DNA of 64,000 nt, taken from Dehalococcoidia bacterium. Its GTDB lineage: Bacteria > Chloroflexota > Dehalococcoidia > UBA2979. The position numbers were made by a program, and so were the translations under genes. Positions 47,396 through 55,237 of the stretch are shown one piece after another. Under the pieces are notes generated by a model. That model saw nothing but the letters and a program-made list of their open reading frames with translations. It was not told the origin of the DNA and did not search any database. The DNA lies in contig CAXXDN010000001.1 of assembly GCA_963667465.2 (NCBI GenBank), forward strand, positions 640,001 to 704,000, given 5' to 3'. Each line of letters starts with the position of its first letter. The stretch's first letter is position 1.

Positions 47396-47789
47396 CCCGG
47401 CCCGGTTTGTGGCAGATACCCATGCCCTTTGGTGGTACCTGACGACCCCCGAGCGGTTGAGTGCAGCCGTATCCGCCGTTTTCAGGCTGGTCGAGACCGG
47501 CAGCGCCACCCTCATCGTTCCCGCTATCGTGGTGGCCGAGCTGTACTATGTGTCCGTCAAGTTGCGGCGACCGTGGGCGCCGTCCGCGCTGTTGGATACG
47601 TTGGCCTCGGTCGGCGGTATCGAACTGTCCGACCTCGGCCGAGCGCAGCTCGACTGGCTCGATCGGCTCCCAGAGGTTCCTGAGATGCATGACCGCCTCA
47701 TCGCGGCCGAAGCGATGGTGCGCCAGGCGCCCGTGGTGACGCGTGACGCGGTGCTGTCTGATTCGCCTCAGATCGAGACGATCTGGTAG
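47385..47789 (+). CDS. VapC/PIN toxin
   Basis: ADTHALWWY, AELYY, EMHDRLIAA, VTRD; overlaps antitoxin; GAGGAGG RBS. Confidence 0.9.
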   Translation: MLDSPARFVADTHALWWYLTTPERLSAAVSAVFRLVETGSATLIVPAIVVAELYYVSVKLRRPWAPSALLDTLASVGGIELSDLGRAQLDWLDRLPEVPEMHDRLIAAEAMVRQAPVVTRDAVLSDSPQIETIW

Positions 47790-47855
47790 CCGACGGGAGG
47801 TCGGGCGGACTGCATCGCTCGCCCGACTCCAACCGCCCGTGCTAGCGTCCGGGCC

Positions 47856-48572
47856 ATGACGGCAACAGCGCGAGGCGGCTCCGACGACGGGCGCTGGCAG
47901 CCCGCATCCGAGCGCCCCGATCACCCGCTCGCTGCCATCGACGGCGCCTCGCTCGGCGGGGGACTGCGGCTGCGCGTCCTGCTTGGTCCGCGCAGCGCCG
48001 TCGGCTCGGCCTACTTCCGCTGCATGCTCGACGGGCCCGAGGGGCCGGCGGCTGCGCCGGTGATCTTCGGCCTGCACAACTCCGGACCGTTCCCGGGCTT
48101 CAACTGGGTTGAGGTGCTGGACTACACGAACGCTCCGCCGCTTGCGGGTGGGGGCGTGCAGCCGGTCTCGCCCGATGTCGAGCGCGCGTTGTTCGGGCAG
48201 CTCGCCGGGTTAGTCCCGACGGGCGGGCACCTGATGGCGGAGTACGACTCGCGCCCGCGGACCAGCACCGCGCGCGCGCTGGCGGCGGGCGTGCCGCCCG
48301 TTGCGACGCCGCTCGGCGCGCTGCTCTTCGACCTCGGCTGCGGGGTCGCCTTCCGTGACTGGTACATCTCCGAGGGCGGCCGCGAAGGCCCGCGCAAACT
48401 GCAGGGCTTCCGCGCTGCGAACGAGGAGCACGCGCGCACGCGCGGCCTCGAGACGATCGCCGCGCTGGACTCCTTCCTCGATCGCTCGCGCGTCGCCGAG
48501 GATCTGCGCGCGCTGACGGAGCCGCTCGCGCGCCGCGTGCGCGACGAGCTGCGCGAGCGCTACGGCGGGTGA
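47856..48572 (+). CDS. DUF1122-family protein
   Basis: WVEV, GGHLMAEY, T.RAL..GVPP.ATPLG, FRDWYISEGGREGPRKLQG. Confidence 0.8.
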   Translation: MTATARGGSDDGRWQPASERPDHPLAAIDGASLGGGLRLRVLLGPRSAVGSAYFRCMLDGPEGPAAAPVIFGLHNSGPFPGFNWVEVLDYTNAPPLAGGGVQPVSPDVERALFGQLAGLVPTGGHLMAEYDSRPRTSTARALAAGVPPVATPLGALLFDLGCGVAFRDWYISEGGREGPRKLQGFRAANEEHARTRGLETIAALDSFLDRSRVAEDLRALTEPLARRVRDELRERYGG

Positions 48573-48614
48573 CGCCGCCGGGGGCGCCCTCCTCGATGCG
48601 AAGGGTCGGGCGGC

Positions 48615-48947
48615 TCAGGTGCCGGGCGCGATCCAGTTCGCGCGTGGGAGGATCGCCACCACGAGGAGCGCGGCGCCGACGCCGGCACCACCCCACCAGA
48701 AGAGAACGTACGCCGCCGCGCAGCCGGTAATCGCGAGCGCAAGCCTGAGGCGTGGCCCGGGCGGATCGGGCGGCGCGAGCCGTACGGCAATCACAGCCCA
48801 CGGGATGATGACGAGCCAGTAGCTGATGGCGAAGTAGACCAGGACGGCGCCGGCGGCGTCCCAGAACTCCGGGTGGCGCCAGAAGGCGACCGCCAGCGCG
48901 GCCGCCGGAGGTCCGAGGAACAGGCCGGACGCCCGTAGCAGCTTCAA
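48615..48947 (-). CDS. Small membrane protein
   Basis: Several hydrophobic segments; TTG start with GGAGG upstream. Confidence 0.55.
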   Translation of the reverse strand: MKLLRASGLFLGPPAAALAVAFWRHPEFWDAAGAVLVYFAISYWLVIIPWAVIAVRLAPPDPPGPRLRLALAITGCAAAYVLFWWGGAGVGAALLVVAILPRANWIAPGT

Positions 48948-49161
48948 GGGGTCGCCTCCCTCGGCGCTGGCCTTCGAGGCCAGCTTGCAGGATACGGCGC
49001 GTGGCGGAGCACGGCGGTGGACCGCGCCGGGGCGTGTCCTGTCCGTCGTGTAGAATCGGGGAAACGACGGAGCGTCGCAGTGTCACGCGGCGCGTCACAC
49101 CCAACCGAGGCCGGGCGGCACAGCAGGATTCGCCCGCACGAGCGAGACGAAGGATGGCGTC

Positions 49162-50259
49162 ATGCCCCAAACCCTCAGCGTGATCAAGGCGGATGTCGGC
49201 GGCTACGTTGGCCACTCCGCGATGCACCCGGAACTGCTCGACGCGGGCCGCGAGTCGCTCGCCCAGGCCGTGCAGTCGGGGCTGCTGATCGACGCCCAGG
49301 CTCACGCCTGCGGCGACGACCTGTTCCTCGTGATGTCGCACGACCGCGGCGAGGACGACGAGGCGATCCACCGCCTCGCCTGGGACACCTTCCAGACGGG
49401 CACGGAGGTGGCGCAGAAGCTGCACCTCTACGGCGCGGGACAGGACATCCTCGTCGACGCCTTCTCCGGCAACATCCGCGGCGCGGGCCCCGGCTCGGCC
49501 GAACTGGAGCTCGAGGAGCGCCCGTCCGAGCCGGTGATCGTGTTCATGGGCGACAAGACCTCGGCGGGCTCGTTCAACCTGCCGTTCTTCAAGATGTTCG
49601 CCGACCCCTTCAACACCGCCGGCCTGGTCATCGCCGAGCCGCTGCATCAGGGCTTCTCCTTCGAGGTCCACGACGTCAAGGAGCACACCCGCATCTACCT
49701 CGACTGCCCGGACGAGATGTACGACCTGCTGGTCTTCATCGGATCGCCGGCGCACTTTGCCGTGAAGCGCGTGCGCAGCCGCAGCACCGGCGAGGTCGCG
49801 GCCGTCTCCTCGACCGACAAGCTCTCGCTGATCGCCGGCCGCTACGTTGGCAAGGACGACCCGACGGCGATCGTGCGCTGCCAGGGGGCCTTCCCCGCCG
49901 TCGGCGAGGTGATCGAGCCGTTCACGACTGCCTGGACCGTCGAGGGCTTCATGCGAGGCTCGCACTACGGGCCGTGGATGCCGACCTCGGTCGAGGACGC
50001 GCACCCGGCGCGTTTCGACGGCCCGCCGCGGATCATCGCGCTCGGCTTCCAGCTCGCGGAGGGCATGCTTGTCGGACCGCGCGACCTGTTCGACGACCCC
50101 TCATACGACAACGCTCGCGCCGAGGCGAACAACGTCAGCGACTACCTGCGCAAGCACGGCCCGTTCGAGCCGCATCGCCTGCCCCTCGACGAGATGGAGT
50201 ACACGACGATGCCGGCCGTCGCCGCCACGATGAAGGACCGCTGGGAGGCCATCGAGTAG
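49162..50259 (+). CDS. fbp: Bifunctional fructose-1,6-bisphosphate aldolase/phosphatase (FBPase class V)
   Basis: IKADVGG..GH, GDD, LYGAGQD, DPFNTAGL, YVGKDDP, MRGSH, HGPFEPHRLP..EMEYTT. Confidence 0.95.
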   Translation: MPQTLSVIKADVGGYVGHSAMHPELLDAGRESLAQAVQSGLLIDAQAHACGDDLFLVMSHDRGEDDEAIHRLAWDTFQTGTEVAQKLHLYGAGQDILVDAFSGNIRGAGPGSAELELEERPSEPVIVFMGDKTSAGSFNLPFFKMFADPFNTAGLVIAEPLHQGFSFEVHDVKEHTRIYLDCPDEMYDLLVFIGSPAHFAVKRVRSRSTGEVAAVSSTDKLSLIAGRYVGKDDPTAIVRCQGAFPAVGEVIEPFTTAWTVEGFMRGSHYGPWMPTSVEDAHPARFDGPPRIIALGFQLAEGMLVGPRDLFDDPSYDNARAEANNVSDYLRKHGPFEPHRLPLDEMEYTTMPAVAATMKDRWEAIE

Positions 50260-50294
50260 GGGCGGGAAGCCCGGCCGCACGGGAGCGCCGTCCG

Positions 50295-50567
50295 ATGCAG
50301 CTGTTCGTCGACGCCGACGAGGCCTACCTCGTGTGGACGCGCTGGCAGCCCGAGGGCTACGTGCTCAACGTCGGGCGCACCCCGCAGCCCTCGACGCCCC
50401 TCTTGCTGCATCTCGCCGTCTGCGAGCTGATCGCCGAGCCGGGCCAGCGCTACACCACGGGGGAGTCCATCAAGATCTGCTCCCTCGACCGCCAGGAGTT
50501 GATCGAATGGGCCGAACGCGAAGAGGTGGACGGCGAATTGAGCACGGACTGCCATTGCCTGTCCTGA
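50295..50567 (+). CDS. Small Cys/His-rich hypothetical protein
   Basis: GYVLN, LHLAVC, IKICS, CHC; 90 aa. Confidence 0.65.
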   Translation: MQLFVDADEAYLVWTRWQPEGYVLNVGRTPQPSTPLLLHLAVCELIAEPGQRYTTGESIKICSLDRQELIEWAEREEVDGELSTDCHCLS

Positions 50568-50595
50568 GGCGACGCGAGCTCCACGCGGACGGACG

Positions 50596-51015
50596 ATGAG
50601 CGGACAGGCTGCGGGCGGCGGGACGCTGCGCTTCCGCGCGCACGCCGACGCGATCGTGGAGCAGGCCGCACGCGAGTACCGTGAGCTGCTGCGCGAGATC
50701 GCCGCCTCGTTCGACCCGTTTCCGGAGTACCCCGGCTCGTTCTTCTCCTACGGCATCGAGGTCGAGCCGCCGCCCGGCGGCCAGGGCGAGGACGCCCCCG
50801 GCTGCGTCGTGCTTGGCGAGGACGGCGGGCTCTACGAGCTGCGCATCGGCTTCGAGGCGGACCAGCTCGACACCGACGATCCGGCGACGACTCGCTCCGA
50901 GCTGCGTGTGCCCCTCGAGGAGTTGAGCTCGGCCGAGTACGTCGCCTACGCCGGCCGCGCCGCCGAGGCCGCGCTGGCGCTGCTGGAGCAGGGCGCAGCG
51001 GGCGGTGAGCGGTAG
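50596..51015 (+). CDS. Hypothetical acidic protein
   Basis: DPFPEY, GCVVLGEDGGLYEL; host-like codon usage. Confidence 0.65.
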   Translation: MSGQAAGGGTLRFRAHADAIVEQAAREYRELLREIAASFDPFPEYPGSFFSYGIEVEPPPGGQGEDAPGCVVLGEDGGLYELRIGFEADQLDTDDPATTRSELRVPLEELSSAEYVAYAGRAAEAALALLEQGAAGGER

Positions 51016-51023
51016 CGGCCCGG

Positions 51024-51167
51024 CTATAGACGACGCACTCCTGGCAGCATCGCCATCTTGCGGTCCAACGTCAGAACCTCGAGGCCCGTGCGGGAGTATT
51101 CGTCGGCGATGAGACGGTCGAGCAAGCCCGCGCCGCCGGAAGCCTCAAGGGCCGCGAAGACCGCGCG
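51024..51167 (-). pseudogene. C-terminal remnant of a PIN/VapC gene
   Basis: Reverse frame reads ...GAGLLDRLIADEYSRTGLEVLTLDRKMAMLPGVRRL*; in-frame TGA at 51195-51197 leaves no N-terminal half. Confidence 0.6.
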
Positions 51168-51257
51168 CCCGACCCCGCCCCGCGAACGGAGCACTCACCC
51201 CAGGCCTCGAGGCGACTACGATGCCCCCGCGCGCCCAGGCTGCGAATGGAGGCGACG

Positions 51258-51668
51258 ATGGACCCCGCGGACCGGCAGGCGATTCATGACCTGATCGCTG
51301 ACTACTGTTACACCTTCGACACGGCCGACCACGACGCCTTCGCCGCGCTGTTCAGCGAGGACGCCGTCTTCGGCCGCGCCGGCAGCGAGGTGAGCGGCCG
51401 CGAGGCGATCCGCGAGCTGGTGAGCAACCGCTGGGTCGAGGAGCCGACGCCGCGCCGGCACATGGTCTCCAACATCCGGCTGCAGGAGCCGGACGCCGAT
51501 GGCAGCGTGCGCGGCAAGGCGATGTTCCTCGTCACAATCGCGACGACCGGAGAGTCGCGCGCACGCATCCTGGCGACCGGCTGGTACGACGACGTCTACG
51601 TGCGGACCGCCGAGGGCTGGAAGTTCCGCTACCGCGTCAACCACGTGGATCCGCGGGCGAGGGCGTAA
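51258..51668 (+). CDS. NTF2-like/SnoaL_4 protein (sixth in window)
   Basis: DRQAIHDLIADYC..D, FSEDA, RH..SN, GWYDDVY..GWKF; GGAGG RBS. Confidence 0.85.
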   Translation: MDPADRQAIHDLIADYCYTFDTADHDAFAALFSEDAVFGRAGSEVSGREAIRELVSNRWVEEPTPRRHMVSNIRLQEPDADGSVRGKAMFLVTIATTGESRARILATGWYDDVYVRTAEGWKFRYRVNHVDPRARA

Positions 51669-51692
51669 TCCGCTCAGTCCGGTCAGTGAGCG

Positions 51693-52040
51693 CTAGAGCT
51701 GGCCTCGTTCGAGGGCGGTGATTCGGGCCTCGTGTCCGCGGACGACCTGCTTCACCTCGGCCATGTCCTGGAGGAGCACCACCTGGCCCTCGGCCAACTG
51801 GGCGACGTCCCGCCGCAGGAGCGTGAAGTCACCGCGAAGATCGGCGAACTCCCCGCGCAGTAGCGTGAAGTCCTCGCGAAGCTCGGTGAAGTCCCCACGC
51901 AGGCGTGTGAAGTCTGCACGCAGCTCGGTCACGTCCTCGCGCAGTTGCGTGACATCGCGGGCGAGGGGCGCGATCTCCTCGCGGACGACCTGACGCACGA
52001 CGTCCAGCGGGACCGATCCGTTGGAACTCTGCTCGGGCAC
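51693..52040 (-). CDS. Small heptad-repeat coiled-coil protein
   Basis: LARDVTQ-LREDVTE-LRADFTR-LRGDFTE-LREDFTL-LRGEFAD-LRGDFTL-LRRDVAQ. Confidence 0.75.
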   Translation of the reverse strand: MPEQSSNGSVPLDVVRQVVREEIAPLARDVTQLREDVTELRADFTRLRGDFTELREDFTLLRGEFADLRGDFTLLRRDVAQLAEGQVVLLQDMAEVKQVVRGHEARITALERGQL

Positions 52041-52103
52041 GAGGCCTCTCTCTTGGGGAGCAGCATCGTAGCATGCCCGTGCCATCGAATCGAGGGCGGG
52101 TTG

Positions 52104-54602
52104 CTATGTCCCGGCGAGCGCCGCCCGGGGGATGAGCCGCACTGCACCGGACTCCGCGAGGTGGGCGATCTCCGCCTCCTCGTAGCCCGCCTCGGCGAGC
52201 ACCTCGGCGCCGTGCTGGCCGAGCAGCGGCGGTGGGAGGCGCAGCGAGGCGAGTCCGTCCTCGAAGCCCCAGGGCACGTTGAGCGTGCGCAGCGGGCCGA
52301 GCGTGGGGTGGCCCTCGATCGTCTGCACCATGCCCAGCGCCTCGGTCTGCGCGTCCGCGAGCAGCGAGCGCAGGTCGTGCATGCGCACGATTGTGTAGCC
52401 GAGCTCGTCCTGCACCAGGGTGCGCAGCTCCTCGAAGGGGATCTCGCGCGTGCGGTCGTTCACCAGCGGCGGCAGCAGGTGGAGGTTGCGCATCAGCCTG
52501 TCCGGCGCCTCGTAGCGCGGGTCGAGGAGCACCTCGGGGCGGTCGATGGCGATCAGGAACTTCGCCCAGGCGCCCTCGTCCCCGCGCATCGTGATCAGCG
52601 CGTGGCCGTCGGCGGTCTCGAAGCCGTGGTCGGGCTCCTCATCGGCGCCGGTGAGCGGACGGCCGACGCGATCCTCGACGGCCAGTTCGGCGCTGATCGT
52701 CCACTGGTGCTTCGCGATGAAGGCTTGCAGCAGCGAGGTCTGGACGTGCTGCCCCAGGCCGTGCCGCTCGCGCCAGAGCAGCGCCGTCAGCACCCCGTGC
52801 ACCCCGGCGATGCCCGCACCCACCGAGGCGAGGTCGTAGCCGTAGCGCACCGGCGGCTCGGAGGCGCGCCCGAGGTGCCGGTTGGAGCCGACGACGGCCT
52901 GCACGTCCAGCTCGCTCGCGGGCGCCTCGGCCAGCGGCCCCTCGGCGCCCTGCCCGCTGATCGAGAGATAGATCAGCCGCGGATAGCGCTCCGAGAGCTC
53001 CTCGTAGCCGAGGCCAAGGCGCTCCATCACGCCCGGCCGGTAGCCCTCGATCAGCACGTCGGCGTCGGCGAGCAGTCGCTCGAGGACGGCCCTGCCAGCG
53101 GGCGACTTGAGGTCGAGCGCGATGCCGCGCTTGTTGCGGTTGAGCTGCAGGTAGAGTGCGCTCTCCGGCTCGCCCTCCGCCGGGGTGTGCTGTGCTTCCA
53201 GGAACGGGCCGATCTCGCGGATCCAATCGCCCTCGGGTGGCTCGATCTTGATCACGTCCGCCCCGAGGTCGCCGAGCTGCATCGCGCAGATCGGCCCGGA
53301 CACCCCCTGCGAGAGGTCGAGCACGCGCAGCCCCGCGAGCGCGCCCGAGGGCCCGGGCGCCTCCGAGCGGGCCGCCGTGGCGCCGTTGCCGCGCGCGCCG
53401 TTGCTCGCGCCGGGCGCCGATCGTGGCAGCGCTGCCACCTCGTCCTTGAGCTCGCGCAGCACCTCGTCTGTGTGTTGACCCTGTGCGGGCGAGGGGCCCG
53501 TGATGCGCGCCCGGGACTTGTCGAAGCGCCAGTGTGGCTCGGCCGTGCCCATCTCGCCCCAGGGCGTGTCCATGACACTCAGGAAGCGCTGCCCGCTGGC
53601 CTGCGGGTGCGCCAGCAGGCCAGCGATCAGCGGCAGCCCCGTCCGCACCTCCGAGGCGGGCACGCGGGCGGCGCGCAACCGCTCGACCCACTCCGCGGCG
53701 GTCCGCTCGGCGAAGGCCGCCTCCAGCAGCGGGATCAGCGCCTCGCGGCGCGCGACGCGCAGCGCGTTGCTCGCGAAGCGCGGGTCGGCGGCGAGGTCCG
53801 GGCGCGCGATGGCTTCGCAGAGCCGGGTCCAGAGGCGCTGGTTGAGCGCGCTGACGGCGACGTAGCCCTCGGCGGTGGCGAACGACTGATCGGGCACGAT
53901 GTTGCTGCGCGCGCTGCCGAGGCGCGGCGGCGGCTCGCCGGTCGCGAGGTACTCGGCGATGCGCGTGGTCGCGCCGAACATCGTGGACTGCAGCTGCGAG
54001 TTCTGGATCCGCAGCCCCCGGCCGGTGCGTTCGCGCACCCAGAGCGCGACGAGCAGCGACTCGAGGTTGACGGCCGCCCCGTTCCAGTCGATCGAGGGCG
54101 TCCCGCGCGAGAACTCGGGCGGTCCGCCCGGCTGGCCGTTGAGGCTGGTCGCGCCACCCGCGGCCTGCGAGAACCACTCGTTGCTGGTCATGCCGACCAT
54201 CGGGCCGACCGGGCCGAAGGCGGAGCTTTGCAGGTAGATCAGGCGTGCGTTGAGCTCCTGCAGGCGCTCCCAGCCGAGCCCAAGCCGCTCCATCACGGCG
54301 GGCGAGCGGAAGTTCTCGATCAGCACGTCGGCGGTGCGGATCAGGTCCTCGGCGCGTGCGAACTCCTTGGGCTGCTTGAGGTCGAGCACGATGCCGCGCT
54401 TGCCGAGGTTGTTGCCGAGGAAAGTGTGGCCCATGCCACGCAGTTCGGGGCGGGTGCGGCGCACCATGTCGCCCTGCGGCGACTCCACCTTGATCACGTC
54501 CGCGCCGAGCCACGCGAGGTACTCGGCGGCGACCGGGCCGACGGCGGCCTGCCCGAGATCGAGCACGCGGATGCCGGTCAGCGGCGCTTCGAGTTCGCCC
54601 AT
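52104..54602 (-). CDS. Two-domain (fused) class III CoA-transferase
   Basis: Two GADVIK.E and two N..KRG motifs; GQH..EVL closes each half; GGAGG RBS before ATG 54602. Confidence 0.9.
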   Translation of the reverse strand: MGELEAPLTGIRVLDLGQAAVGPVAAEYLAWLGADVIKVESPQGDMVRRTRPELRGMGHTFLGNNLGKRGIVLDLKQPKEFARAEDLIRTADVLIENFRSPAVMERLGLGWERLQELNARLIYLQSSAFGPVGPMVGMTSNEWFSQAAGGATSLNGQPGGPPEFSRGTPSIDWNGAAVNLESLLVALWVRERTGRGLRIQNSQLQSTMFGATTRIAEYLATGEPPPRLGSARSNIVPDQSFATAEGYVAVSALNQRLWTRLCEAIARPDLAADPRFASNALRVARREALIPLLEAAFAERTAAEWVERLRAARVPASEVRTGLPLIAGLLAHPQASGQRFLSVMDTPWGEMGTAEPHWRFDKSRARITGPSPAQGQHTDEVLRELKDEVAALPRSAPGASNGARGNGATAARSEAPGPSGALAGLRVLDLSQGVSGPICAMQLGDLGADVIKIEPPEGDWIREIGPFLEAQHTPAEGEPESALYLQLNRNKRGIALDLKSPAGRAVLERLLADADVLIEGYRPGVMERLGLGYEELSERYPRLIYLSISGQGAEGPLAEAPASELDVQAVVGSNRHLGRASEPPVRYGYDLASVGAGIAGVHGVLTALLWRERHGLGQHVQTSLLQAFIAKHQWTISAELAVEDRVGRPLTGADEEPDHGFETADGHALITMRGDEGAWAKFLIAIDRPEVLLDPRYEAPDRLMRNLHLLPPLVNDRTREIPFEELRTLVQDELGYTIVRMHDLRSLLADAQTEALGMVQTIEGHPTLGPLRTLNVPWGFEDGLASLRLPPPLLGQHGAEVLAEAGYEEAEIAHLAESGAVRLIPRAALAGT

Positions 54603-54752
54603 GACGCCTCCGGGCGGTGGGGGTCTCGTGGCTCGTGAGTATACGAAGGCTGGCCGTGGGCGCGCAGCGGTCCGTCCTTCCTCACCGCCCATCCACGCCG
54701 CCGGCGGGCAGCCGCTAGGCTTCGCTCGGCGGTGAGCGCGGAGGAGGACGGG

Positions 54753-55187
54753 ATGATCACCTACGTCGACCACATCGGGATCGTGTCGCACAGCCTCGAG
54801 CAGGCCGGCGAGGTGCTGGTCGAGCGGCTCGGCCTCGCCTGGGACACTGACCGCGCGCCCATGCCCGAGGGCGGCTACTTCGCGCCGGAGCGCACGCGCA
54901 TCTTCTTCGTGCGGGTCGGCGTCGGCGAGACGAAGATCGAGATCCTGCTGCCCGACGACGCGCGGAGCGGCATCGGGCGGTACCTCGAGCGTCGGGGGCC
55001 GGGGCTGCACCACATCGGCTACGGCAGCGACGATGTGGTCGCCGACACGCAGCAGTTCATCGACAACGGCCTGCGCTACATCGACTTCGGCGAGCCGATC
55101 GAGGACATCACGGCCTCCTTCTTCCACCCCGCCTCGGCCAACGGCATCCTCACCGAGATCGTCCGCGACCGCCGCCCCGTCCACTGA
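54753..55187 (+). CDS. Methylmalonyl-CoA epimerase-like VOC protein
   Basis: DHIGI, IEILLP, RGPGLHHI, FFHP..ANGILTE; GGAGGAGG RBS. Confidence 0.8.
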   Translation: MITYVDHIGIVSHSLEQAGEVLVERLGLAWDTDRAPMPEGGYFAPERTRIFFVRVGVGETKIEILLPDDARSGIGRYLERRGPGLHHIGYGSDDVVADTQQFIDNGLRYIDFGEPIEDITASFFHPASANGILTEIVRDRRPVH

Positions 55188-55237
55188 TCGACGTGGGTGC
55201 GTCCGCCGGGCGTCCGATAAGCGGTAGACTCCGGGCG

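Noticed and set aside
54603-55184. N-terminal extension making the CoA-transferase 1026 aa
   Set aside because: The extension is antisense to the VOC gene; ATG 54602 has a GGAGG RBS and begins the family motif
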